A stretch of 63,850 nucleotides of DNA, filler included. It is 4 parts of 4 records of this genome, joined end to end, with 100 filler letters (N's around TTAATTAATTAA, not from the genome) between each part and the next. Parts side by side here need not be neighbours in the genome. Positions count along the whole stretch, not along the records: positions 1 to 5,822 come from SRR20825006_1682; positions 5,923 to 14,838 come from SRR20825006_1685; 2 more parts are not named here. One strand, 5' to 3'. The stretch's first letter is position 1, and the number at the start of each line of letters is the position of its first letter. Both the position numbers and the translations under genes were made by a program. Shown here one piece after another: positions 1 to 10,349 of the stretch. The notes under the pieces are model-generated. The model did no database searches. It was given only the letters and a program-made list of their open reading frames with translations, and was not told the origin of the DNA.

Positions 1-786
1 ATCTATCAAGTTACCTAAACCACCAAGTATACTTCCTTCTCCTTTATCTTTACCGCCACCTTGTGGTGCTGCAGCCCATACTCTACTTGCCAGCCTACTA
101 AATGGTAAAGATTGTACATACACAGTTCCAGGACCTGTAAGTGTTGCAAAAAATAAACCTTCGCCACCAAATAATGAGTTTTTTATTCCGCCTACAAACT
201 CGACATCGTAATTTACATCTTTAGTAAAGCCAATAATACAACCTGTATCTACCTTAAGAGTTTCTCCTGGCGCTAGTTCTTTTTGTGCAGTTGTTCCTCC
301 TGCGTGGACAAAGGCCATACCATCACCTTCTAATTTTTGCATAATAAAACCTTCGCCACCAAAAAATCCTCTTCCTAGTTTTTTACTAAACTCCACTCCT
401 ACACTAACACCTTTAGCCGCACATAAGAATGCATCTTTCTGGCAAATAAATTTATTGCCAAAACGGCTAAGGTCTATAGGTAATATTTTTCCGGGATATG
501 GAGATGCAAAACTTAAGCGTTTTTTTCCAGCAGTTTCTGCATGATAAAAAGCAGTCATAAAAAGACTTTCTCCAGTAAGTAGGCGCTTTCCTGCTCCCAA
601 AATACTTTTTAAAAATCCTTTGTTTTGTTCAGAGCCATCACCGAAAATGGTATCCATTTTAATACCGCTATCCATCATCATAAAACTACCGGCTTCTGCA
701 ATTACACCTTCTTGAGGGTCTAACTCTATTTCGACATATTGCATTTCTTCACCGTAAATATGGTAGTCTATTTCATGTGCATTCAT
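1..786 (-). CDS. TIGR00266/AIM24 family protein (3' end runs off the window)
   Basis: Not in the ORF track. Manual translation from ATG at 786: MNAHEIDYHIYGEEMQYVEIELDPQEGVIAEAGSFMMM...FGGEGFIMQKLEGDG...GPGTVYVQSLPFSRLASR, typical AIM24 motifs. Confidence 0.9.
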   Translation of the reverse strand, partial: MNAHEIDYHIYGEEMQYVEIELDPQEGVIAEAGSFMMMDSGIKMDTIFGDGSEQNKGFLKSILGAGKRLLTGESLFMTAFYHAETAGKKRLSFASPYPGKILPIDLSRFGNKFICQKDAFLCAAKGVSVGVEFSKKLGRGFFGGEGFIMQKLEGDGMAFVHAGGTTAQKELAPGETLKVDTGCIIGFTKDVNYDVEFVGGIKNSLFGGEGLFFATLTGPGTVYVQSLPFSRLASRVWAAAPQGGGKDKGEGSILGGLGNLID

Positions 787-893
787 AATATGATTGTTTT
801 TTGATTGATTACATTTATAAGTACGTAGCTTAAATAAAATGTTACAAAATATTTAGTCTCAAAGTTTTAATCTTAGTGACACTATGCTGGTTT

Positions 894-1427
894 CTAGCTT
901 TTTCCTTCTCCTTTAAAATGCTGACTTTTATTTTTAAACAGTACATTAAACGTGGTAAGGCTTCCGTAAATTCTTGTAATATATTGTTGCAAGTCTACCT
1001 TATCTTGGTCATCTAAACCTTTATGGGCGTTAATCTTTTGTTCCATAACTCTCAGCCTATCTCTTAACAAGACTATTTTATGAAAGAATGTACTAATAGG
1101 AATGTCTTTTGAGGACATTGTACGGTCTTCAGGATATAAGGTCATTGTACCTTTTTTATACTTGTCTGCAATAGGTACTATTTCAGAAACATCACTATAC
1201 TGTTTTAAAATAGACCTTAAGCTTCGTTCTACCTCGTAAAAACTTACAGTATCTAACTCGTCTTCTATAGCTTCAATTACCTCAAAGTTATCATCTAACG
1301 GAATGGTCTCAACACCATCGTTTTGAAAAGTAACCCAATATTGAGATGCATCTACATTGGTAACAACACCAAAGCCTAATTCTTCGTGATTAATTCTACT
1401 ACCTATTCCTAAAATTTGTTTACTCAT
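894..1427 (-). CDS. Conserved Bacteroidota hypothetical protein
   Basis: 177-aa ORF with an N-terminal SH3-like 'GSRINHEELGFGVV' segment and a conserved-looking 'FFHKIV..RDRLRVMEQKIN...QQYITRIYGSLTTFNVLF' C-terminus. Confidence 0.75.
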   Translation of the reverse strand: MSKQILGIGSRINHEELGFGVVTNVDASQYWVTFQNDGVETIPLDDNFEVIEAIEDELDTVSFYEVERSLRSILKQYSDVSEIVPIADKYKKGTMTLYPEDRTMSSKDIPISTFFHKIVLLRDRLRVMEQKINAHKGLDDQDKVDLQQYITRIYGSLTTFNVLFKNKSQHFKGEGKS

Positions 1428-1472
1428 TTGTCATTATCTTTAAGCTTCTAAAATACAGAAATTCTATAAGTC

Positions 1473-2462
1473 ATGCGAAAATTCTTCAGTGTCTTACTCA
1501 AGTTTATAGGTATAATAATAGTCTTGCTAATTATTGGCTTTGCTATAATTTATGCGTTATACAATGAGCCACTTCCTAAGGGAAAAAGTGGAAAAGAGGC
1601 AGATGCATTAGCGTGTAAGGTTTTAAATGCTATAAATGAACCAGACTACCTGGAAGCTAGATACGTAGAGTGGAATTTTAGAAAAACATCCTATAAACTT
1701 GACAAAAGATCACAGTTAGCAATATGCACTTGGGAAGATTATAAAGTAAATCTTAATTTAATAGACACTTCACAAAGTAATGTTTTTAAAAATGGCCTCA
1801 CCATTCAAGGTGAAGAGCGTGAGAGTGCTATAAAAAGAGCACTAAAGCACTTTAATAACGATTCGTTTTGGGTGTTGGCACCTTTTAAAATATTTGATAA
1901 AGGAACAAGCAGACAGGTTATTACATTAGATAACGGCAACAAAGCACTTTTAGTTACTTACACTTCTGGAGGTACAACACCTGGCGACAGCTATCTTTGG
2001 ATTTTAGATAATAATTACATACCTACTTCATTTAAAATGTGGGTAAGCATTATACCAATTGGTGGCTTAGAGGCAAATTGGAATAATTGGAGAACCACAA
2101 ATAGCGGAGCTAAAATAGCTTCTAATCGTGAAATATTAGGATTAGAATTACCTCTTAGTGCTATAAAAATTTATAGCAATCCTGAAGATGAATTGGTGGA
2201 AACTATTACTAGTAATCTTAAACTTAATACGCAGATTAAAGATATTATAATTACAAAACAGATGCGAAAAGATGCATTGCAAAGACATTATTCTAAAAAT
2301 AAATTTGAAGCTGATATTAACTTTATAAGACCTGTACTTTCTGAGAACGATATTAATCGCTTTGCAGAAAATATTATGCTGTTAATGCAAACTAATGATA
2401 ATGTAGAGCAATTTACATATAATGAAATCTTAAGGTTTAAGATGAGAGATTCTCTTTACTAA
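1473..2462 (+). CDS. Hypothetical membrane-anchored protein
   Basis: 329-aa ORF, N-terminal TM helix, 'FNNDSFW..APFK.FD.G' and 'GGTTPGDSYLW' motifs seen in flavobacterial hypotheticals. Confidence 0.7.
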   Translation: MRKFFSVLLKFIGIIIVLLIIGFAIIYALYNEPLPKGKSGKEADALACKVLNAINEPDYLEARYVEWNFRKTSYKLDKRSQLAICTWEDYKVNLNLIDTSQSNVFKNGLTIQGEERESAIKRALKHFNNDSFWVLAPFKIFDKGTSRQVITLDNGNKALLVTYTSGGTTPGDSYLWILDNNYIPTSFKMWVSIIPIGGLEANWNNWRTTNSGAKIASNREILGLELPLSAIKIYSNPEDELVETITSNLKLNTQIKDIIITKQMRKDALQRHYSKNKFEADINFIRPVLSENDINRFAENIMLLMQTNDNVEQFTYNEILRFKMRDSLY

Positions 2463-2471
2463 ATTTAATAT

Positions 2472-3845
2472 ATGAATATTACCAACGTTGTAGACGCACA
2501 AAAGCAGTATTTTAAAACTGGAGCAACACTTCCTATTTCCTTCAGGTTAGCTGCATTAAAGAAGTTGCACAAAGAAATAACTGATCAAGAAAACGCCATC
2601 TGTGAAGCGTTACACTTAGATTTTAAAAAGCCATATTTTGAAGCAGTAATTACTGAAACCTCTATCATACTAAAAGAGCTAGATGAATTTATAAGTAATT
2701 TAAAATCTTGGAGTAAAACAGAAAAGGTAACATCTTCCCTACTTAACTTTCCATCTTCAGCTTATATTTATAAAGAGCCATATGGCAACACATTAGTTAT
2801 CTCACCTTGGAATTATCCTTTTCAACTAGCCATTGCACCATTAATTGGTGCTGTTGCTGCGGGAAACACCGTTATCTTAAAGCCTAGCGAACTTACAACA
2901 CATACTGCTAATATTCTTTCTAGTATTATAGCTAAAGTGTTTGATAAAGGGCACGTAACCGTTGTACAAGGCGATAAAGATGTATCACAAGAATTACTTT
3001 CTAAAGTTTGGGATTATGTATTTTTTACTGGTAGTGTTAGAGTAGGAACTATTGTTGCTAAAGCTTGTGCAGAGCATTTAACACCTGTCACTTTAGAGTT
3101 AGGTGGTAAAAATCCCTGCATAGTTCATGAAAGTGCTAAGATAGCAACGACAGCAAGGCGATTGGTTTGGGGTAAATTTATTAACGCAGGCCAAACCTGT
3201 ATTGCTCCAGACTATATATTAGTACATGCAAGTATTAAAAAAGTATTAGTTACGGCACTTAAAAAAGAAATTGAAGCGTTTTATGGCAGTGATCCAGAGC
3301 AATCTCCAGATTTTGCTAGAATTAGCCACAAAGGAAACTTTGAGCGACTTAGCAAGATGCTTAAAGACTCAAAACTAATTTGTGGTGGCACAACCAATGA
3401 AGAAGATTTATACATTAGCCCTACACTTTTAGATGAACCAGCATTAAACAGTAATGCTATGGAGACTGAAATTTTTGGGCCTATACTTCCTATTATATCT
3501 TATACTACAGAAGAAGATATACACAAGTATGTATCTCATTACCACAAACCCTTATCGTTTTATGTCTTTGCAGAACAAAAAGCTTTTGCTGATAAATTAT
3601 TAAAAAAATATAGTTTTGGCGGTGGTGTTAAAAATGACAGCATTGTTCACTTTGTAAATAAAAATTTGCCCTTTGGAGGCGTTGGTCAAAGTGGTATGGG
3701 AGCTTATCACGGCAAGCGTTCTTTTGAAACATTTTCTCACAAAAAATCTGTAGTTAAAAGAGGAACTTGGATAGACATCCCTTTAAAATACGCACCTTAC
3801 AAGAATAAATTAAAATGGATTAAAAGTGTATTAAAATGGACATAG
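2472..3845 (+). CDS. NAD(P)-dependent aldehyde dehydrogenase (ALDH3-like)
   Basis: PWNYP, FTGS, LELGGKNP (catalytic Glu), NAGQTCIAPDY (catalytic Cys), EIFGP, PFGGVGQSGMGAYHG. Confidence 0.95.
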   Translation: MNITNVVDAQKQYFKTGATLPISFRLAALKKLHKEITDQENAICEALHLDFKKPYFEAVITETSIILKELDEFISNLKSWSKTEKVTSSLLNFPSSAYIYKEPYGNTLVISPWNYPFQLAIAPLIGAVAAGNTVILKPSELTTHTANILSSIIAKVFDKGHVTVVQGDKDVSQELLSKVWDYVFFTGSVRVGTIVAKACAEHLTPVTLELGGKNPCIVHESAKIATTARRLVWGKFINAGQTCIAPDYILVHASIKKVLVTALKKEIEAFYGSDPEQSPDFARISHKGNFERLSKMLKDSKLICGGTTNEEDLYISPTLLDEPALNSNAMETEIFGPILPIISYTTEEDIHKYVSHYHKPLSFYVFAEQKAFADKLLKKYSFGGGVKNDSIVHFVNKNLPFGGVGQSGMGAYHGKRSFETFSHKKSVVKRGTWIDIPLKYAPYKNKLKWIKSVLKWT

Positions 3846-3850
3846 GTAAG

Positions 3851-4705
3851 TTAAAAGTCTACAATTTGAAACTTTATCTTACTACCTAAGGGCTTTTGAG
3901 CTAAGCAATTTAATCCATCTTCAGATACTTGCAATACTCTAGCGTAACCACCAGTAGTTTGACAATCTCTCATTAACACAATTAGTTTTCCACTTGGTGT
4001 AAGCTGCACTGTTCCCGGTAAAACAGGTCCTGTTAAAATATCTGAAACAGAACATTGTATTGTTTCATCAAATTGATATGCCATTCTGTTACTTGTAGCA
4101 CTTATAGTTAATTGATTAACTAAATGAGCTTTAACACTATCTGTTAGCAAATCAAACTCTACACCTTTATAAACGTTAATAGTTGTTTCAGACAAATAAG
4201 ATTCTTGAAACTTAACAGAAGATTGTTGCACAGTCTCCTGAGTGGTATAATCGTTATACTCTAACTCATCATTGTCACTTAACGTTGACAATTCACTAAC
4301 AGGTTTATAAAAACTACGACTGCCTAAAAACTCTTTTGTTTTGAAACCATCTTTAATAGCCAAGTAAGTTCTAAACCCCAATGTACATTTGCCAATTTTT
4401 AAGACATCATTCTTTTTTACTGAAATTACTTGATCTTGATTAAAACTCTTATCATTTACTTTAACGGTTGTTCTTGCTCCTGAAATTACAATTTGAGTTG
4501 GTGCGTTAAATGAAAAAGTAGCACCAGAAAAGGTTATTTCGATTACAGCATCTGTTGCTGTATTACCTAAAAGTAAGTTTGCAAATTGAGAAGAATATGT
4601 ATCTAAAACACCACTTATTGGGACGCCTAAATGTGTAAAATTATAACGTCCTAAATCCTGAATAGAACTATAAATACCAGATGAAATAACACTTAATTTA
4701 GCCAA
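3851..4705 (-). CDS. pxpC: 5-oxoprolinase subunit C (allophanate hydrolase subunit 2-like)
   Basis: 'SIQDLGR', 'GSRS', 'SNRMAY', 'GTVQLTPSG.LIVLMRDCQTTGGY'. Start placed at TTG 4705, overlapping the pxpB stop. Confidence 0.9.
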   Translation of the reverse strand: MAKLSVISSGIYSSIQDLGRYNFTHLGVPISGVLDTYSSQFANLLLGNTATDAVIEITFSGATFSFNAPTQIVISGARTTVKVNDKSFNQDQVISVKKNDVLKIGKCTLGFRTYLAIKDGFKTKEFLGSRSFYKPVSELSTLSDNDELEYNDYTTQETVQQSSVKFQESYLSETTINVYKGVEFDLLTDSVKAHLVNQLTISATSNRMAYQFDETIQCSVSDILTGPVLPGTVQLTPSGKLIVLMRDCQTTGGYARVLQVSEDGLNCLAQKPLGSKIKFQIVDF

Positions 4706-5429
4706 CTTTTTCTTTTTTAAGATTAAAATTATGCGTCTCAAAATCGTGTTTTATTTGATGATATTCATCTAAACTTACACTGTAAAACTGTAATTTATCA
4801 CCGATAGAAAACGGAGAAAAGTTTTGCCAATAATTCCCAAATATACTTATTGGGCAGTTTCCTATAATTTGCCAACCTCCAGGAGATTCTTGCGGATAAA
4901 TTCCGGTTTGTTGTCCTGCAATGCCTACTGAACCCTTTAATACGTTTTGCCTAGGAGAAGATTTTCTAGGGCAATATAAAGAGCTGTCTAAATTTAGTAA
5001 GTAAGGAAAGCCTGGTAAAAAACCTAAAAAGTAAATCAAATACTCAGTAGAAGAATGTCGCTTAATAATTTCCTTAATAGACAATTTTGTGTGTTCTGAA
5101 AGCTCTTCTAAATCTAGTCCAAAACTCTCATCATAACATACTGGCAACAATATCTTATGTTGTTGTGAGGCACCACTAAGCTTAGCTTCATTTATTAGCT
5201 CTAAAAGCGTATTTTTAAGACCATAGAACTTATCTATAGTTGATACGTAATTTACTAATAATGAGCTATATCCTAAATTTATATAAAGTATAGATTTAAA
5301 ATATTTTTCATTGATAATTTGCCTACATCTAACAAGCTTTTTAAGCAGGTTTTCATCTGCAGGTTGTTCAAAAGTAAGTAATATTGAACGTTGAGAATAC
5401 TGTTTTATAAGAATATTTTCAATGTCCAT
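4698..5429 (-). CDS. pxpB: 5-oxoprolinase subunit B
   Basis: 'PVCYD..FGLDL', 'GFLPGFPYL', 'GSVGIAGQQTGIYPQESPGGWQIIG'. Confidence 0.92.
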   Translation of the reverse strand: MDIENILIKQYSQRSILLTFEQPADENLLKKLVRCRQIINEKYFKSILYINLGYSSLLVNYVSTIDKFYGLKNTLLELINEAKLSGASQQHKILLPVCYDESFGLDLEELSEHTKLSIKEIIKRHSSTEYLIYFLGFLPGFPYLLNLDSSLYCPRKSSPRQNVLKGSVGIAGQQTGIYPQESPGGWQIIGNCPISIFGNYWQNFSPFSIGDKLQFYSVSLDEYHQIKHDFETHNFNLKKEKVG

Positions 5430-5822
5430 AAGGTTCAATTTTAATTGAATTTTCTATTAGAAATTTATGCAAATCATCAAGTAACTTAACTGAGTTTTCA
5501 GTATCACTATGCATACAAAGCGTTTCAATTGTAATTGGAATAAATGAATCTTTTGACACTTCTACTCTATTGTACTTTACAATTTGCAATACATGACGCA
5601 ACACCTCTTCTTTCAATTTTAAAACTGCACCATCTAATTTTCTTGATTTTAAAGTATAATCTGTATTATAAGATCTATCTGCGAAACCTTCTGTAATCAT
5701 ATCAATTTTTCCCTTACCTATTTTTGATATGATAGATTCCGGTGCAACAAAAATTGGAATTTCAGAGTTAAACTCTTGGACTGTTTCAATAATTAACTTT
5801 GCTATTGGCTCATCCACATTAG
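5419..5822 (-). CDS. pxpA: 5-oxoprolinase subunit A (LamB/YcsF), 5' part lost at the contig end
   Basis: 'EGFADRSY', 'TLCMHSDT'; first gene of the pxpABC order. Confidence 0.85.
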
Positions 5823-5922
5823 NNNNNNNNNNNNNNNNNNNNNNNNNNNNNNNNNNNNNNNNNNNNTTAATTAATTAANNNNNNNNNNNNNNNNNNNNNN
5901 NNNNNNNNNNNNNNNNNNNNNN
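5823..5922. other. Artificial contig spacer (N44-TTAATTAATTAA-N44)
   Basis: N runs around a six-frame stop linker; genes are truncated on both sides. Confidence 0.98.
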
Positions 5923-6051
5923 ATTAAAATACTCTAAATCAAACAATTCACTAACCAAATAAAGACTAGAAAGTACTAAAAGAACATCAAATATTCTTAA
6001 TAAAACTTTACGCTCAGATATTTCGAAATGAATAGTTGTAGGTTTAGGCAT
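5923..6051 (-). CDS. N-terminus of an exopolysaccharide sugar transferase (polyprenyl glycosylphosphotransferase), truncated by the contig end
   Basis: Manual translation MPKPTTIHFEISERKVLLRIFDVLLVLSSLYLV... resembles flavobacterial sugar-transferase N-termini; follows glycosyltransferase genes. Confidence 0.65.
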
Positions 6052-6081
6052 TTCATTTAGTTGGGATTCAAATATAACATT

Positions 6082-7092
6082 TTAAGTAAAGAGTTTTTGC
6101 CAATTAAGCTTAACGATTTGCCAATCATAGTTAGAAACTTTTTCTCTTGCGTGTATTGATAATTCCTGAGCTTTTGTTGGGTTTTCAACTAAGGAAATAA
6201 TTGCATTTATAAAATGTGTGGGGTTATTAGCCGGAACTAATATTCCATCTTCACCATTATTTATCAAATATGGTAATCCACCAACATTTGTCGAGATTAC
6301 GGGTAAACCAAGAGCCATAGCTTCAATTACACTTACTGGTGTATTATCAAAATTTGTAGTGTTCATAAAGATGTTATAATTATTAGAAAGCTCTCTCCAT
6401 TCTTGCTTTGTTAATTGCCCTGTAAATTTCACATTTAAATTTAACTGCTCTGCATAGGCTTTGCAGTTTTGCAAACTACCATCTTTCTCTGGCCCAACCA
6501 TACACAGTGTAGCTTCTGGATATTTACTTTTAATAGCACTAAAAATTTTAATAGCAAGTTTGGGATTGTAAATTTTCACAAAAGATCTTACCCAAAGTAA
6601 TTTTGGAATATCAATTGGTTTAGGAGCGAACTCATAATCTTTTAAAGAAATACTATTAGGAATGTATAAGACATTATTAAAATTATGAACGTTAAAAGCG
6701 TCTTTTAAATACTTTGATGGCGCTATATTCACGTGAGCATTTTTAAATAATAAATTAGAAAATTTTTTAGATTTTACAAGCCTTTGTGGTAGGTTGCCAC
6801 CTCTTAAAATAGGAATGTATTTTATCTTTAAAAGCTTAGCTAATAGACCACATAGAAAAGCAAAATAAAAATTTTGAGTACTGTAGGTATCTATTAAAAT
6901 AAAATCAACACTATTTCTATATCTAAGTATTGAAAAAAGCATTTTTAAAAGTCTCAGATATTTATTTTTTATTGAAGAAACTGCAGTTACCTTAAAGCCT
7001 AATTCTTCAAATTTTTTAGAATAAACATCTACACCACTAGGTGTGTAACCGTGCTGCTGAAGTTTGTTTCCTACGTAAAGGAGATGTTTCAT
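6082..7092 (-). CDS. Glycosyltransferase family 4 protein
   Basis: GT-B signature 'DNTPVSVIEAMALGLPVISTNVGG'. Confidence 0.9.
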   Translation of the reverse strand: MKHLLYVGNKLQQHGYTPSGVDVYSKKFEELGFKVTAVSSIKNKYLRLLKMLFSILRYRNSVDFILIDTYSTQNFYFAFLCGLLAKLLKIKYIPILRGGNLPQRLVKSKKFSNLLFKNAHVNIAPSKYLKDAFNVHNFNNVLYIPNSISLKDYEFAPKPIDIPKLLWVRSFVKIYNPKLAIKIFSAIKSKYPEATLCMVGPEKDGSLQNCKAYAEQLNLNVKFTGQLTKQEWRELSNNYNIFMNTTNFDNTPVSVIEAMALGLPVISTNVGGLPYLINNGEDGILVPANNPTHFINAIISLVENPTKAQELSIHAREKVSNYDWQIVKLNWQKLFT

Positions 7093-8200
7093 AGGTTACA
7101 TTTAATAAACAGAGGCCATAAATAAATGCTGGTGCTGCAATCCTCATTGAAGAATGACTAATAGTTAATGCCCAAAATAACAAAAATGCATAAAAGTAAT
7201 TATTACGCCTATTCTTAAACCTGTAAAGTAACGGAGTTAATACTAAAATAAGAAGTATTACAATACCTAAAATACCATGTTCAGATAATAATCTACTAAA
7301 TTCATTATGTGTAGCTGCAAGAATTTTAGTTTTCTCATAGCGATACTCTCTAATTTTACCAATACCAATTCCAGTAATTGGTTTATCATAAAACGCTTCA
7401 AGTTCCGAAGTAATAAGCTCTGCTCTTCCAGTGGTAATATCAGTTTTTAAACGACCAGCAGCATCTTTATTTGTGTATCTATTCGTTATTAACCCAGAAG
7501 TTTTAATAGCCGTAAAAGCAAAGGTACTTGCCAGTATAATAGCTATAATAGATAGCCTAGGTATTAAAAACGCTTTAGTTTTTATATTTCCTCTTAAAAA
7601 ATAAATACCTACAAAAGCTATAGCACAAATTAACCCTGTAATTATACCTCCACGCGAAAACGTAACTAAACCTCTATATGTAACTAATGCTAGCAATATG
7701 AGATCTAAAATATTAATGAACTTATTCTTTATATAAAATAAGCGGGTAAGAAGTACAAATATTCCTATTCCTAAAGTTGTAGCAACCTGGTTAGGACCGA
7801 AACCTCCAGAAGCTTCATGATTAGATTGTGTACTTCCTAAAATATCTCCAATATCTGGAGTATTAAAAAATAAGTAAACGGTCATAGTTATTACCGGAAG
7901 TAACAGCGCAAGAATAATATGCTGTAACCTACGCGTACTAATTGAACGCCTATAACAGTAAATTGCACTTAAACCAAGACAAACAGGTCCTGTTAAATTA
8001 AATAAAACTGTATTCCTAACATTTGTTTCTGGATTTAAATACATTGCTGCAAATAAAATTCCAGGTGTTAATAGGATAAGATATAACCAATATGGGCCAG
8101 ATCGAGAAGATGCACCTCTATAAAAAAGACCTATTAGTAATAACCCAATAACAACATATTTACCAAACTCATAAGCAATACCACCATTGGTCATTCTCAA
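7037..8200 (-). CDS. O-antigen ligase/polymerase (Wzy_C) family membrane protein; true start probably further upstream
   Basis: Multiple TM helices, 'TFSRGG', 'HNEFSRLLSEHGILG'. The frame stays open upstream to about 8410. Confidence 0.85.
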   Translation of the reverse strand: MRMTNGGIAYEFGKYVVIGLLLIGLFYRGASSRSGPYWLYLILLTPGILFAAMYLNPETNVRNTVLFNLTGPVCLGLSAIYCYRRSISTRRLQHIILALLLPVITMTVYLFFNTPDIGDILGSTQSNHEASGGFGPNQVATTLGIGIFVLLTRLFYIKNKFINILDLILLALVTYRGLVTFSRGGIITGLICAIAFVGIYFLRGNIKTKAFLIPRLSIIAIILASTFAFTAIKTSGLITNRYTNKDAAGRLKTDITTGRAELITSELEAFYDKPITGIGIGKIREYRYEKTKILAATHNEFSRLLSEHGILGIVILLILVLTPLLYRFKNRRNNYFYAFLLFWALTISHSSMRIAAPAFIYGLCLLNVTYETSPLRRKQTSAARLHT

Positions 8201-8391
8201 GAATACTTCACAAGATGTAAAATATGCTGCAGCTACTAAAACCTCGTTATTTTTGTTTTTATTTTTTACAACCAGAAATAATAATATAAAAAGCGACGCA
8301 AGAGAGTAAGCCTTAGAAAGAACAGGTAAAATTGTAATAAGTAACGCTATTACTACATGTAATATAATTAACTGTAAATACGCTATTTTAT

Positions 8392-9483
8392 TTAATGGTT
8401 TGATATGGCTTTAGTATATAATTTTATTAATCTAGGCATTATGTATGAGCCTGAATAGTTTTTAATAATATGTTTCTGAAGAGACTTTCCCAATTGTATT
8501 CTAGACTCTTTATCTGAAGCAAGCAAAGTTAATTGTTCTGAAAAATTTTGTATGCAATCTACTTCAGCTACTTTACCATAATTCAATATCACCTTAGGTA
8601 TTTGACCTACGCGTGTTGATAAAACTGCCAATCCTGCTAATCCGTACTCTAAAATTACCATTGGTAAGCCTTCATCCTTAGAAGAAAGCACACCAATATC
8701 ATAATGTTTAAGCTGAGAGTTTATATTAGTTTGCATTCCTAATATAAACACAGAGTTTTTTAAATTATTTAACTCTATATATTTTTGTATTTCAGCAAAA
8801 TACTCGTCTTCATATACAGCTCCAATTAAATGCAAAGACCATCCTGTTTTGGCTAAATTAGTTTTAGCAAAAGATTTTAATAAAAATATATGATTTTTTG
8901 GAGGCCTTAAGTTTGCTACACATACTATTCGTTTATCATCTTCACCTTTTAAATTTAATTCTTGACGAGTCTTCTCTTGCAATTGAACAAAATTCGGCAA
9001 ATACGTAACACGTTTACAATTTAAATTAATTTTAGACCAAGCGCTCAACTTTTCATTAACGCATAATATTTGTGAAAATTTAAAAGAGCAAAGTTTTAAA
9101 ATTAGATGTTGTTTTATATTATGATTAACTCTTTGCCCATTATGATCGTGCCAAATAATTTTTAGATGTGTGTAAAAAGCCTTTAGCTGTATAGCAAAGA
9201 AAAAGGACATTCCATGTGCATGCAAAATTTGCACTTTATTTTCTTTACAATAACGCAAAGCCGTTTTCAATGATGGTATGTCAAATTTATACTTACGATT
9301 TAAAGATAGTAACGAAACTCCTTCAGAAATTGAATCTTTCAACACACCTTCTTCACGAGTGCAGCATAGTCCTGAAAAGCCAGTCTTATCGACTAAACCA
9401 TTAGCTATTTGTACTGCCATGCGCTCTGCACCACCTGCATTTAACGTATCTATAATTTGAAGGACTCTTAAAGATTTAGACAT
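8392..9483 (-). CDS. Glycosyltransferase family 4 protein
   Basis: 'GGAER', 'EGLPMVILEYGLAGLAVLSTRVGQ'. Confidence 0.9.
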   Translation of the reverse strand: MSKSLRVLQIIDTLNAGGAERMAVQIANGLVDKTGFSGLCCTREEGVLKDSISEGVSLLSLNRKYKFDIPSLKTALRYCKENKVQILHAHGMSFFFAIQLKAFYTHLKIIWHDHNGQRVNHNIKQHLILKLCSFKFSQILCVNEKLSAWSKINLNCKRVTYLPNFVQLQEKTRQELNLKGEDDKRIVCVANLRPPKNHIFLLKSFAKTNLAKTGWSLHLIGAVYEDEYFAEIQKYIELNNLKNSVFILGMQTNINSQLKHYDIGVLSSKDEGLPMVILEYGLAGLAVLSTRVGQIPKVILNYGKVAEVDCIQNFSEQLTLLASDKESRIQLGKSLQKHIIKNYSGSYIMPRLIKLYTKAISNH

Positions 9484-9487
9484 ATAC

Positions 9488-10243
9488 TTACTCTAACCAA
9501 GCTTTAAATTCTTTTACACGTTCTCGGCTAACTATAATTTCTTGCTCATTGTATGTTTTTAGTTTCACCTTTAACCTTGAGTTAGAATAACTAACAATAT
9601 CTTGTATTGCCTTAAAACTCACGATAAACTTTCTACTAACTTGAAAGAATTTTTTTGGATCTAAATCGGTTGATAGTTCATCAATTGTTGTGTCTACTAA
9701 ATAACTTCTTCCTTCAGTATTAAAAAGATATGTTCCTTTGTTTTCAGAATAAAAACACTCAATTGCAGAACTGTTAAAGACCTTAATATGTTGACCAACT
9801 TTAGATGTAAATCTTGTTTTATAAGAAGCAGTTTCAGCAACATTTAATAATTGTCGTATCTCAGACATGTTTATTGATGCCGATGATGCTGTAGAAAATG
9901 TTGTCTCAAATTTCTTAACTGCCACTTTTAATTCGTCTTCATCAATAGGTTTAAGTAAATAATCCACAGAATTTAATTTAAATGCTTTTAACGCATACTC
10001 ATCATAAGCCGTAGTAAAGATTATTGCACTCTTAAGGTTTACCACATCAAAAATTTCGAAAGATAAACCATCACTTAGTTGAATATCTAAAAACACAAGA
10101 TCTGGATGTTCATTCATACTCAACCACTCGATTGATTCTTCTACACTATGAAGCATTGTTAATGCAGAGATTCCAATTTCGGCAAGCATACGTTGTAAAC
10201 GCCTTGCAGATGGTTTTTCATCTTCAATAATTATAACATTCAT
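9488..10243 (-). CDS. LytTR-family response regulator
   Basis: REC domain (IEDE, FLDIQL, FTTAYDEYA, DYLLKP) plus LytTR domain (FFQVSRKFIV, IVSRERVKEF). Confidence 0.93.
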   Translation of the reverse strand: MNVIIIEDEKPSARRLQRMLAEIGISALTMLHSVEESIEWLSMNEHPDLVFLDIQLSDGLSFEIFDVVNLKSAIIFTTAYDEYALKAFKLNSVDYLLKPIDEDELKVAVKKFETTFSTASSASINMSEIRQLLNVAETASYKTRFTSKVGQHIKVFNSSAIECFYSENKGTYLFNTEGRSYLVDTTIDELSTDLDPKKFFQVSRKFIVSFKAIQDIVSYSNSRLKVKLKTYNEQEIIVSRERVKEFKAWLE

Positions 10244-10322
10244 AAGGAAACTTTTAGAGGTTACTAAACTACAGAAAATTGCAATTACACGAGTAATAAC
10301 TTAGAAATAACATATTTTAAAG

Positions 10323-10330
10323 TAGTTTTG
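10323..10330 (+). promoter_or_regulatory. Bacteroidota sigma-A -7 element (TAnnTTTG)
   Basis: TAGTTTTG about 20 nt upstream of the GT2 start. Confidence 0.5.
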
Positions 10331-10349
10331 CCGTTAAACATTTTATCCT

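Noticed and set aside
2180-2462. Possible extra C-terminal domain on the 1473..2462 protein
   Set aside because: This rests only on recollection that homologs are shorter; it cannot be supported without an alignment.
5867-5878. TTAATTAATTAA as a biological repeat (also 14883 and 43188)
   Set aside because: It is embedded in N runs; it is an assembly linker with stops in all frames.
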